From NCBI GenBank assembly GCA_003282895.1, contig QBYI01000001.1:678-64677 (forward strand): a stretch of 64,000 nucleotides of DNA. Reading direction: 5' to 3'. Within the stretch, counting starts at the first letter, position 1, and each line of letters opens with the position of its first letter. This stretch comes from Pelagibacteraceae bacterium AG-325-F15. Lineage in GTDB: Bacteria > Pseudomonadota > Alphaproteobacteria > Pelagibacterales > Pelagibacteraceae. The notes under the pieces were generated by a model, which worked only from the letters and a program-made list of their open reading frames with translations, was not told the DNA's origin and did not search any database. The position numbers and the translations under genes are program-made. Positions 10,094 through 21,126 of the stretch are shown one piece after another.

Positions 10094-10659
10094 TGAGAAT
10101 TATTTCAGGGTCCTTCAAAGGTAAAAAAATTTTAAAACCAAAAGATATTAAAACAAGACCGTTAAAAGATTTAACAAAAGAATCGATATTTAATATTATA
10201 ATTCACTCAAAAAAATTCAAAATAAATTTAGAAAACTCGGTTATTTTAGATCTATTTTCTGGTGTTGGTTCTTTTGGTATTGAATGTTTGTCCAGAAATG
10301 TAAAAAAAGTAATTTTTGTAGAAAACTATAATGGTGTTTTACCAATATTAAAAAGAAATTTAGAAGATTTAAATTTAAATGAAAAATTTTCAATTTTAGA
10401 ATATGACATATATGAATGTAATCTACTTTCAAAACTTGAAAATAAGTTTGATATTATTTTTTTAGACCCTCCTTACAAAGATAAAAATTTAGACAAATTA
10501 TTAATAGAAATTAATAATCAAAAAATTTTGAATGAAGAAGGGATAGTAATAATTCATAGACATAAAAATGAACAAGATATAATACCAAAAGTATTTCAAA
10601 TTATTGAACAAAAGAAATATGGTATTTCTAAGATTACTTTTTTATCAAATTTAAACTAA
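10093..10659 (+). CDS. rsmD: 16S rRNA m2G966 methyltransferase
   Basis: MRIISG, LDLFSGVGSFGIE, FLDPPY. Confidence 0.92.
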   Translation: MRIISGSFKGKKILKPKDIKTRPLKDLTKESIFNIIIHSKKFKINLENSVILDLFSGVGSFGIECLSRNVKKVIFVENYNGVLPILKRNLEDLNLNEKFSILEYDIYECNLLSKLENKFDIIFLDPPYKDKNLDKLLIEINNQKILNEEGIVIIHRHKNEQDIIPKVFQIIEQKKYGISKITFLSNLN

Positions 10660-11808
10660 AATTTTTTTTGTTTCTTGCTTTATTAATTCTACAGCAGGTT
10701 GATCAAACGGATTTATGTTAAGAGATTTTGCAATTAAAATTGTCTCTAAAATAAAAAAACAAAATAATTCTCCTAAAGTTTTTTCATCTCTTTTTTTTAT
10801 CTCAAAGCTTCTAAAAGGTATGTTTTTTCTATTAAAAACATTTTCTGTAGCTTTTTTTTGAGAAAAAATTATATCACCTAAGCTTTTATTTTTTAAATAA
10901 TTTTTAGTAGATAAAATTTCTTTATTATTTAATATTTTAGTTTGTTCATCATGAACATAAAAAAAAGTAAAAAAATTATTTTTAAAACCATCTAGATAAA
11001 GTTGCATTACACTATGATTATCTTTGGGCATATTGGAAATTATAGGCAATATTCCACTTTTCTTCTTACCTAAACTTTCAGCAATTAATTGCTGATACCA
11101 TTTAAATAGACTGTCTGATTTTTCATCGTAATTAAGTATTATCGAGTTAAATTTTTTATTCTGAATAAAATGTAATGTTGAGCTTACATTTGAAATTAAA
11201 TTGTTAAAAAAAGATTTATTTTTGATTAAAAAGTTAAGCTGTTTAAAATTTTTTATGTTTAAACCCATTAGTTCTGCGGGCAACATACCAACTTCAGATA
11301 AAACAGAGTATCTACCGCCTATATAATCGTTATGGTGAATAATATCTGCTTTTAATTTCTCTGCTAAAAGATTTAAATAATTTTTTTTATTTTCAGTAAT
11401 CAAAATATTTTGATCTTGTTTTTTTATTAATAAATTTACATTAACAATAGTTTCAATTGTATTGCCAGATTTAGAAATAATTAAATTATTATGATTTTTC
11501 TTTTTTTTTTCTGTGTTATTTATCTTTAAATTATCAATAAAAAAAAATCTTTTTTTTATTTTATGTCTCAAAAAATCATAGATTGCTTTTGCTCCAAGTG
11601 AAGATCCTCCCATTCCTATCACTCTACAATCAAAAGACTTTTTAAATTTTTTAAGGTTTTTATGATTAAAATTATTTTTATAATCTTTTGATAAAGATTT
11701 TAAAATTTCATTTTTTTCTTTGATTAAAGTAGTGAGTTTTTTTCTAACTAATAAAGATTTTACTTTTTTTGATTTAAAATTTTTAAAAGATATTCTTGGT
11801 GATATCAT
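10651..11808 (-). CDS. pgi: Glucose-6-phosphate isomerase (short form)
   Basis: GMGGSSLG, SKSGNTIET, GGRYSV, QLIAESLGK, NPFDQPAVE. Confidence 0.9.
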   Translation of the reverse strand: MISPRISFKNFKSKKVKSLLVRKKLTTLIKEKNEILKSLSKDYKNNFNHKNLKKFKKSFDCRVIGMGGSSLGAKAIYDFLRHKIKKRFFFIDNLKINNTEKKKKNHNNLIISKSGNTIETIVNVNLLIKKQDQNILITENKKNYLNLLAEKLKADIIHHNDYIGGRYSVLSEVGMLPAELMGLNIKNFKQLNFLIKNKSFFNNLISNVSSTLHFIQNKKFNSIILNYDEKSDSLFKWYQQLIAESLGKKKSGILPIISNMPKDNHSVMQLYLDGFKNNFFTFFYVHDEQTKILNNKEILSTKNYLKNKSLGDIIFSQKKATENVFNRKNIPFRSFEIKKRDEKTLGELFCFFILETILIAKSLNINPFDQPAVELIKQETKKILV

Positions 11809-12122
11809 TAATTTTTCTTGATTTTATCTAATAGCAATTCTTCAAAATTTTTATTAATATCTTTTTCATTTGATTTTATTTCTTGATTATCTTGAGTTAT
11901 CAAAGTTTTAAATTCATTCTCGTTAATATCTTTGTTATTTTCTATTTCTTTTGGAATTGGCAGTTCATCAAAATCTGGTGGCATTACCAATGGTGATTTT
12001 TTTTCAACTAAAAACTCATCCGTATTATTTTTTTTTTGATTTTCAAAAGCACTTTGCATTGTGCCGCATGATGCTAGCAATAGCGCAAAATTTAGTAGAA
12101 TAAATTTTTTAAACTTGTTCAT
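11808..12122 (-). CDS. DUF3035-like lipoprotein
   Basis: Lipobox LASC; DEFLVEKKSPLVMPPDF.LP.P; follows lspA as in other alphaproteobacteria. Confidence 0.8.
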   Translation of the reverse strand: MNKFKKFILLNFALLLASCGTMQSAFENQKKNNTDEFLVEKKSPLVMPPDFDELPIPKEIENNKDINENEFKTLITQDNQEIKSNEKDINKNFEELLLDKIKKN

Positions 12123-12612
12123 TATTCTTTTGATTATTTAAAATTAGCTCAAATAATATCATAATAATTACGCCTATAGTAATGAATATATCGGCCACAT
12201 TAAAGACGAACCAGTGAAATTCTTCTACGTGTAAATCAATAAAATCTGGGACTGCTTTATAAAATAAACGGTCAAATAAATTTCCCAATGCACCACCAAA
12301 AATCATTAATAATCCTAACTTTTTAATACCTTTACTATCAATGATCATTTTTAAAATGACTAAAATTATTATTGAAATAATTACAGTTAATAAATTATAT
12401 AATTTGTCTTGACTAAAAGAGAAAAGCCCAAAAGCAATTCCTTCGTTCCATATCAAATTTATGTTTAAAAATTTTGATGTATATAATTCTGTAGATAAAT
12501 TTTTAATATTAAAATTAATTACATAAATTTTTGAAATTCTATCAATTATAAAAATTGAAAATATAATGGAGAGATTTACGTAAAAATTTTTTGTTAAGTT
12601 TTTAAATATCAT
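12109..12612 (-). CDS. lspA: Lipoprotein signal peptidase II
   Basis: WNEGIAFG, GGALGNLFDR, DFI, FNVADI; ATG at 12612 overlaps the ileS stop (ATGA). Confidence 0.95.
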   Translation of the reverse strand: MIFKNLTKNFYVNLSIIFSIFIIDRISKIYVINFNIKNLSTELYTSKFLNINLIWNEGIAFGLFSFSQDKLYNLLTVIISIIILVILKMIIDSKGIKKLGLLMIFGGALGNLFDRLFYKAVPDFIDLHVEEFHWFVFNVADIFITIGVIIMILFELILNNQKNNEQV

Positions 12613-15326
12613 TCGGAATGTCTTGGACAAGCTTCTTCAGTTATTTTCCAACATACTGGACATTTAGTTCCTTTTGCTTTGGTGGTTTCAGCACTTGTTT
12701 CAATATTTTCATTATAAATTACCTCTGAACTTGATGTGATACATAGTTCTGAAAAATCGACATTTTCAGTAATTTCAGATAATTTTTTATCTAAATTAAT
12801 TTTCAATTTAGCTTCTAAACTTGATCCAATTTCTTTAGTTGCTCTTTTTTCCTCAATACTAATATTACATATATTTCTTATCTTAATAAGATCTAACCAT
12901 TTTTGATTAAGCTGGTCATTTTTAAATTTTTCTGGATAATCTAGAAATAGTTCTAAATGTATACTATTATTATTGTTGTAAATTAATTTATAGATTTCTT
13001 CTGTTGTAAAAGAGAGAATTGGGGCAAACCATCTTAATAATGAATTTAAAATCACGTTTAACAAAATAATTGTTGATTGTCTTTTTTTTGAGTCTATTGG
13101 ATCACAGTACAAAGTATCTTTTCTAATATCAAAATAAAAGGCTGATAAATCTATAGTACAAAAATTTAACAACTCTTTATATAAATTATGAAAATCATAG
13201 TTTTTAAAGTAGTTTTTAAAATTTGAGTTTAACACATAAATTTTATGAAGCATGAATTGTTCAAGTTCTGGTAATTCAGATAAATTTATTTTTTGTAGAT
13301 CAATTTTTTCAAAATTATCATTTAGATTACCTAGTAAGTATCTAAATGTATTTCTAATTTTTCTATAAGACTCGGCGTGCTGATCTAAAATAGAGTGATC
13401 AATTCTTAAATCTTCAGCATAGTTAGAAGATGCCACCCAAATTCTTAAAATATCGGCTCCATATTTTTTTAAAATATCTTCTGGGGCAATCACATTTCCA
13501 AGTGATTTTGACATTTTTAAACCTTTTCCATCAACAACAAAACCATGGGATAAAATTGACTCAAATGGAGCTCTACCTCTAGTTCCACATGACTCTAGTA
13601 GTGATGAATGAAACCATCCTCTATGTTGATCTGAACCTTCTAAATACATTGATGCAGGCCATTTTAAATCTTTTCTTTTTTCAAGAACAAATGAATGAGT
13701 AGAACCACTATCGAACCATACTTCAACAATATCACTTAACTTTTCATAATCCTCCGACTTATACTTTTTGCCTAAAAATCTTTGTGGATCATCTGAAAAC
13801 CAACAATCTGAACCTTCTTTTTCATAAATATTTGCTATCGTTTCATTTACTTCATCGTCAACCAGAATTTCTTTTGTTTTTTTATTTACAAAAATTGGAA
13901 GAGGAACACCCCAAACTCTTTGTCTAGAAACACACCAGTCGGGTCTGGTTTCGATCATCGATTTTAATCTTTCTTTTCCTTTGCTTGGATAAAAAGTAGT
14001 CATCTCAAGAGCTTTAAGTGCCGTCTCTCTTAACTTATGACTTTCCATAGATATAAACCACTGTGGTGTTGCTCTATGAACTAATGGTGCTTTAGATCTC
14101 CAAGAATGAGGGTAAGAATGAATTAGTTCTCCATTTGATAATAATTTTTTTTGTTCTTTAAGTTTTTCAATAACAATTGGATTCGCTTTAAAAATATGGT
14201 TACCTTCAAATAAATGTACATTGCTGGTATATTTTCCGTCACCATCAACTGTTTCAATAGCTTTAATTCCATTATTTAAACATAAATTAAAATCGTCCGG
14301 TCCATGACTCGGTGCACAATGAACTATACCTGTTCCTTGTTCTGTTGTTACAAATCTTGCTTCCAACATTGGTATATCGTATTGATAACCTAGATTATAA
14401 AAAGGATGATTACAGATTGTTTCTTTTAAATCTTTACCTTTAAATTTTTTAATCTCTTTGTAATTCTTTAATGAGCAGTCTTTAATAACTGACTCTAATA
14501 AGGCTTCCGCTATAACTATTTTCCGGTTTTTAAAATCACCCTCATCATTTAATTGTATTAATACATAATCAAGAGACTCGTTATAAGCTAAAGCTTTATT
14601 GGCTGGTATTGTCCATGGAGTTGTTGTCCATATAACCACTTCACATCCCTCTAACTCTTTAATATTAGAAGATTTAATTGGGAAAGATGTATAGATGGTA
14701 TCAGATTTATGATTTTGATACTCAACTTCAGCATCTGCAAGTGCAGTCTTTTCAACTGTTGACCATAAGACTGGTTTAAACCCTCTATATAAACTTCCTT
14801 CTTTAAGAAATTTTCCTAATTCTCTTACAATTTGTGCCTCTGCATCAAAGCTCATTGTAGAGTAGTAATTTTCCCAGTCTCCTATAACACCTAAACGTTT
14901 AAATTGACCTTTATGAACTTCAATCCATTTTTCTGCAAATGATCTACATTCTTTTCTAAATTCAACTATTGGTACTTCATTTTTATTTTTTTTGTTTTTT
15001 TTATATTGTTCCTCTATTTTCCATTCAATTGGCAAACCATGACAATCCCACCCTGGAACATATATAGAGTCCTTACCATCCATTTGATGAAATTTTACTA
15101 TTATATCTTTCAAAATTTTATTTAGAGCGGTACCCATATGAATATTACCATTTGCATATGGAGGACCATCGTGAAGAACAAATTTTTCTTTTCCTTTTCT
15201 AGAGCTTCTTAATTCTTCATACAAATTAATTTTATTCCAATATTCTAAAATTTCAGGTTCTCTAACTGGAAGATTCGCCTTCATGGAAAAAGCTGTTTTA
15301 GGTAAATTTATTTGTGATTTGGTCAT
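12609..15326 (-). CDS. ileS: Isoleucyl-tRNA synthetase (type 1)
   Basis: HDGPPYANG, GWDCHGLPIE, WTTTPWT, DWCVSRQR, KMSKS. Confidence 0.98.
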   Translation of the reverse strand: MTKSQINLPKTAFSMKANLPVREPEILEYWNKINLYEELRSSRKGKEKFVLHDGPPYANGNIHMGTALNKILKDIIVKFHQMDGKDSIYVPGWDCHGLPIEWKIEEQYKKNKKNKNEVPIVEFRKECRSFAEKWIEVHKGQFKRLGVIGDWENYYSTMSFDAEAQIVRELGKFLKEGSLYRGFKPVLWSTVEKTALADAEVEYQNHKSDTIYTSFPIKSSNIKELEGCEVVIWTTTPWTIPANKALAYNESLDYVLIQLNDEGDFKNRKIVIAEALLESVIKDCSLKNYKEIKKFKGKDLKETICNHPFYNLGYQYDIPMLEARFVTTEQGTGIVHCAPSHGPDDFNLCLNNGIKAIETVDGDGKYTSNVHLFEGNHIFKANPIVIEKLKEQKKLLSNGELIHSYPHSWRSKAPLVHRATPQWFISMESHKLRETALKALEMTTFYPSKGKERLKSMIETRPDWCVSRQRVWGVPLPIFVNKKTKEILVDDEVNETIANIYEKEGSDCWFSDDPQRFLGKKYKSEDYEKLSDIVEVWFDSGSTHSFVLEKRKDLKWPASMYLEGSDQHRGWFHSSLLESCGTRGRAPFESILSHGFVVDGKGLKMSKSLGNVIAPEDILKKYGADILRIWVASSNYAEDLRIDHSILDQHAESYRKIRNTFRYLLGNLNDNFEKIDLQKINLSELPELEQFMLHKIYVLNSNFKNYFKNYDFHNLYKELLNFCTIDLSAFYFDIRKDTLYCDPIDSKKRQSTIILLNVILNSLLRWFAPILSFTTEEIYKLIYNNNNSIHLELFLDYPEKFKNDQLNQKWLDLIKIRNICNISIEEKRATKEIGSSLEAKLKINLDKKLSEITENVDFSELCITSSSEVIYNENIETSAETTKAKGTKCPVCWKITEEACPRHSE

Positions 15327-16246
15327 TTTGTTTTTTTTGCAATTCTTAAATCAGTTTTGATTTGATTTTTTAACTGATTGACATTTTTAAATTTCTTTTC
15401 TTTTCTTATAAACTTTAAAAATTCAACTGATAAATACTTATTATATAGATTGCCAGAAAAATTAAATAAATGTACTTCTAATAATATTTTTTTTTGATTA
15501 AATGTAGGTCTATAACCTAAATTAGCTATTCCTTTTATATATTTAGTATCATTTTTTCTCAAAACTTTTACAGCATATACCCCAGGTTTAGCCAAAACAT
15601 AATCCCCAATATCAATGTTGCATGTTGGAAAGCCAATCTTTTTTCCAATTTGTCTTCCCTTTTGAACAATTCCTTCTATAGACCAACTCCTGTTTAAAAG
15701 TTTATTAGCCTTTTTTAAAAAACCTTTTTCTAGATAACTTCTAATTAAAGATGACGAAACTATTTTTCTCTTTAATAAAAGAGGTGTTGGTTTGATAACT
15801 TTAAAATTAAATCTTTTCTCATTTTGAATTAAAAGATTTACATCTCCCTCTCTTTTATTTCCAAACCTAAAATTATTACTCACAAATATTAGTCTTGCAT
15901 TTAATTTTTGTGATAAAATATTTTTTATAAAATTAATTGATTTTATTTTAGAAAAAACTTTATCAAATTTTTTTGTAATTACAAAATCAACACCTTGATT
16001 ATTTAATAAATCTAATTTTTGATTTATGCTCGATAATCTAAAATTTGTTAGAGATCTATTAAAAAACATTTTTGGAATTGGGTTAAAATTAATAACACCA
16101 ATTTTTAAATTATATTTCTTTTTATATGATTTCGCTAATTTGAATAATTTTTGATGTCCTAAGTGTACACCATCAAAGTTACCAATTAGAATTATTGATT
16201 GTTTGTGATTTTTATTAATATTAAAATTATTATATAACTTTACCAT
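15323..16246 (-). CDS. ribF: Bifunctional riboflavin kinase/FAD synthetase
   Basis: GNFDGVHLGH, GFPTCN, GVYAV, GYRPTF, LEVH. Confidence 0.95.
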   Translation of the reverse strand: MVKLYNNFNINKNHKQSIILIGNFDGVHLGHQKLFKLAKSYKKKYNLKIGVINFNPIPKMFFNRSLTNFRLSSINQKLDLLNNQGVDFVITKKFDKVFSKIKSINFIKNILSQKLNARLIFVSNNFRFGNKREGDVNLLIQNEKRFNFKVIKPTPLLLKRKIVSSSLIRSYLEKGFLKKANKLLNRSWSIEGIVQKGRQIGKKIGFPTCNIDIGDYVLAKPGVYAVKVLRKNDTKYIKGIANLGYRPTFNQKKILLEVHLFNFSGNLYNKYLSVEFLKFIRKEKKFKNVNQLKNQIKTDLRIAKKTK

Positions 16247-17058
16247 TTCAAATCTGACTGAATATAATTAACAACTGTCTCATATTCCTTTGCTATTTGT
16301 TCTATACCTTGATTTATTATCTCATTTTTATGAACACCATTAGATATTAATAATGAATCATAATTCAAAAGATTTGCACCTTTTATGTCTGTGTTCAAAT
16401 TATCTCCAATTGATAGAATTTTTTTATTTTTATTATTAATTGATTGATTGTAGACCTCAGAATAAGGTTTGCCAAAATATACAACTTCTCCACCCATTTT
16501 TTCAAATACCATTGCAACAGATCCTGCACATAATTCTCTTCTGTTACCTTTATCAACAATTAAGTCTGGGTTAGTACATATCATTTTTTTATTTGTATAT
16601 TTTTCAAGTAATTTTCTATAAAAATTTAAATCTTTATCATGTTCATCGAATAGACCTGTGCACAGAAAATATTGACTATTTGTGATTTTGTCTGATTTAT
16701 ATTTTTTAAAATTTTCAAATAAATCAAAATCTCTAGGAGGCCCTACATGAAAAAACTTTTCTGAGTTATGATATTTTTTTAGATAGCTTAATGATGCTTC
16801 TCCTGATGTGAAAACATGGTTTCTTAAATTTTCTTCCATTCCCATTTTTTTTAAAATAATTTTTACAGTATCATTTGGTCTTGGTGCATTAGTTAATAGA
16901 ATAAATTCTTTGTTCAATTTTAATAATTCTTTTAAAACAAGGATTGCCTTTTCATGGAGTTTAATTCCGTTGTGAACCACTCCCCAAAGATCAATATAGA
17001 ATAGGTCGTAATTCCCAGCAATTGCCTGTAAGCCTTCATTATCTAAATTTTTTGTCAT
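16240..17058 (-). CDS. HAD-superfamily class IIA hydrolase (TIGR01459-like)
   Basis: DLWGVVHNG, LTNAPRP, CTNPD, GKP, IGDNLNTDIKGA. Confidence 0.88.
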   Translation of the reverse strand: MTKNLDNEGLQAIAGNYDLFYIDLWGVVHNGIKLHEKAILVLKELLKLNKEFILLTNAPRPNDTVKIILKKMGMEENLRNHVFTSGEASLSYLKKYHNSEKFFHVGPPRDFDLFENFKKYKSDKITNSQYFLCTGLFDEHDKDLNFYRKLLEKYTNKKMICTNPDLIVDKGNRRELCAGSVAMVFEKMGGEVVYFGKPYSEVYNQSINNKNKKILSIGDNLNTDIKGANLLNYDSLLISNGVHKNEIINQGIEQIAKEYETVVNYIQSDLKW

Positions 17059-17125
17059 ATTTTAAGGTATAAACCATAAAATCTTTAATTTCCTAGGATT
17101 TTTAGTAACTTATTTTTCAAATTAT

Positions 17126-17153
17126 CTTGAAATAGCTTGGTCAGTATCTATAT
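17126..17153 (+). promoter_or_regulatory. RpoH (sigma32)-type promoter of groESL
   Basis: CTTGAA-N16-CTATAT upstream of groES; same architecture as upstream of hsp20. Confidence 0.75.
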
Positions 17154-17180
17154 GAAGCACATATTTAATAAGGAGAATTT

Positions 17181-17471
17181 ATGAAGTTTAAACCGTTACA
17201 TGACAGAGTATTAATTGAAGTTTTAGATAGCAGTGAAAAAACTGCTGGTGGAATAATTATCCCAGATACAGCACAAGAAAAACCACAAGAAGGCAAAGTA
17301 GTTGCTGTAGGTGGTGGAAGTAAAACAGAAGATGGCAAATTAATTCCAATGGATGTTAAAGTTGGTGACAAAGTTTTATTTGGCAAATGGTCAGGAACTG
17401 AAGTCAAAATTGATGGTAAAGAATACAGCATAATGAAAGAGTCAGACATTATGGGTATTTCAGGTAAATAA
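17181..17471 (+). CDS. groES: Co-chaperonin GroES
   Basis: [22 protein letters not shown]; AAGGAG SD upstream. Confidence 0.98.
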   Translation: MKFKPLHDRVLIEVLDSSEKTAGGIIIPDTAQEKPQEGKVVAVGGGSKTEDGKLIPMDVKVGDKVLFGKWSGTEVKIDGKEYSIMKESDIMGISGK

Positions 17472-17476
17472 CTTAA

Positions 17477-19156
<1,680 letters not shown>

Positions 19157-19181
19157 GTCATTTCTACTCAATTCAAAATTC

Positions 19182-19211
19182 AAAAAGGGCAGTTTACTGC
19201 CCTTTTTTTTT
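19182..19211 (+). terminator. Rho-independent terminator after groEL
   Basis: AAAAA-GGGCAG-TTTA-CTGCCC-T9. Confidence 0.9.
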
Positions 19212-19259
19212 GTGTAATTTTTACAAAAATATATACGAAAAAAATGATAAAATATTCAT

Positions 19260-19373
19260 ATGTCAAAAAGATACAGTGGAAAATCATTTAAAGACTCAAG
19301 TGTTAGCAAAAAACCAAAATTGAGCCTTAAAGAAAAAAGAAAAATAAAAAAAGAAAAAGCTAAAAAATCTTAG
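19260..19373 (+). CDS. Uncalled 37-aa lysine-rich small protein
   Basis: Hand translation MSKRYSGKSFKDSSVSKKPKLSLKEKRKIKKEKAKKS*; fills an otherwise 219-bp gap and stops 2 bp from the convergent helicase stop. Confidence 0.6.
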   Translation: MSKRYSGKSFKDSSVSKKPKLSLKEKRKIKKEKAKKS

Positions 19374-19375
19374 AA

Positions 19376-20950
19376 TTATCTTCTTTTTTTATTATGTTTT
19401 TTAAATGTAAAGTTTTTTGCTCTACTGTTTCTGCTTTTAAACTTTTTTTTACCTTTAAAATTGAATTTTTTTCTTTCTCCATCTAATGATGAATTTTTTG
19501 AGTATTGTTTTTCAAGATACTTTGGGTTATTTGTAAAACCAGCTGGTTTTATTTGCTTTTTTTTAAAAAATTTTTTCTTACCTTTAATACTATAATCTTT
19601 TTTCTCTGTTTCTCTAAATCGTTTTTCAGATTTCCTTTTTTCAAAAGGTTTTCTTTTATTTTTAAAATTTGATTTTTTTTTAAAACTAGATTTACTATTA
19701 TCATTGTTTCTACTTGATTTATTACGTTTTCCTTCGCTAAAAGATCCTCTTTTTTCTTTAAAATTCAATTTCCTTTCTTCTCTTAATTTTCTTTTTTTAT
19801 TATTAGATCCCTTCCCTCTTTTTTTGGTTTTCGAATTTCTTCTTAAATTAATAGGGACTGACTTAAAATTTGGATCAATAAATTTATTTATTGAGTTCCA
19901 CATCGATCTGTCATCAGGTGTCAAAAAAGTTAGCGCAGATCCATCAGATCCAGCTCTAGCAGTCCTTCCGATTCTATGAACATAATCTTCTGGAACTTGT
20001 GGAAGATCGTAATTAATTACATGTTGAATTAAAGGAATATCAAGACCTCTAGCAGCTACATCCGTTGCAATTAAAATTCTTTTTAAACCTTTTCTAAAAG
20101 AATTTATAACACGATCTCTTTTACTTTGACGTAAATCACCATGTATTCCGTCTGCGGAATGACCCTCTTCCTTTAGACGTTTTACCATTTTATCCGCACT
20201 TCTCTTAGTTTTGACAAAAACTAAAATTGATCCTTTTCTTAATAGAAATTGATCTATCAATTCATTATATTTATTTTCTTTAAATACTTGAAGTGTTTCT
20301 TGCTTAATTTTCTCAATTGGAACTGAAGTTGCTCCAGTAGAAATTCTCTCAGGTTTATTTAAATACCTCTCTGAAATTCTTAAAATATTTTGAGGTAAGG
20401 TTGCAGAAAATAGTAATGTTTGATGATCTTTTGGTACAAATTTTAAAACCATTTCGATTTGTGGAGTAAAGCCCATATCCAACATTCTGTCTGTCTCATC
20501 TAAAACTAAATATTTTGTTGCTGATAAATTTAGACTTTTTCTTTTTAAATGGTCATTAATTCTTCCAGGTGTTCCAACTATTATTCTTGATCTATCACCT
20601 AGTTGTCTAAGTTGTTTTTGGATAGACTCGCCACCGATAAGTAAAGCTGTTTTAATATTTATTTTATCGCTAATAATACTTTTAATTGCCTCCATCACTT
20701 GAGTGGCTAACTCTCTAGTTGGACACATTACTAGTGCAAAAGCATTTTTGTCTAAAATTAATCTATTAATTAATGGAATGCTGAAAGCTAATGTTTTTCC
20801 TGTACCTGTTTGTGCTGTTCCAAGTATATCTTTTCCCTCTAACGCAGCTGGTATCGCCATACCTTGGATAGGAGTAGGCTTTGTAAAGTTCATTTTATTC
20901 AATGAATTTTTTAACGAGTCTTCAATTTTTAATAATTCAAAATTTTCCAT
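19376..20950 (-). CDS. DEAD-box RNA helicase with long basic C-terminal tail
   Basis: Q motif PTPIQ, AQTGTGKT, PTRELA, TPGR, DETD, SAT, ARGLD, HRIGRTAR. Confidence 0.95.
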   Translation of the reverse strand: MENFELLKIEDSLKNSLNKMNFTKPTPIQGMAIPAALEGKDILGTAQTGTGKTLAFSIPLINRLILDKNAFALVMCPTRELATQVMEAIKSIISDKINIKTALLIGGESIQKQLRQLGDRSRIIVGTPGRINDHLKRKSLNLSATKYLVLDETDRMLDMGFTPQIEMVLKFVPKDHQTLLFSATLPQNILRISERYLNKPERISTGATSVPIEKIKQETLQVFKENKYNELIDQFLLRKGSILVFVKTKRSADKMVKRLKEEGHSADGIHGDLRQSKRDRVINSFRKGLKRILIATDVAARGLDIPLIQHVINYDLPQVPEDYVHRIGRTARAGSDGSALTFLTPDDRSMWNSINKFIDPNFKSVPINLRRNSKTKKRGKGSNNKKRKLREERKLNFKEKRGSFSEGKRNKSSRNNDNSKSSFKKKSNFKNKRKPFEKRKSEKRFRETEKKDYSIKGKKKFFKKKQIKPAGFTNNPKYLEKQYSKNSSLDGERKKFNFKGKKKFKSRNSRAKNFTFKKHNKKRR

Positions 20951-21126
20951 TTAATGATTAAAAGTCGGGATATTGATTCTTTGTTTCGTCAAATTTTAAT
21001 GGGATATCTATATGTTTTTAGAACAATCACAAGTAATGAATTTTTAGTTAGAGCTAATTTATCCAGTAAATACTGAATTTTTTTAAGTTTTCAAATCAAA
21101 GAATTAATGTATAAGAGCCAGGATTT

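Noticed and set aside
10651-11808. pgi as a truncated pseudogene (385 aa)
   Set aside because: All recognisable catalytic motifs are present in one frame; more likely a compact form
17150-17180. Possible CIRCE/HrcA operator before groES (AGCAC seen)
   Set aside because: Only 5 bases match; the TTAGCACTC-N9-GAGTGCTAA inverted repeat is absent
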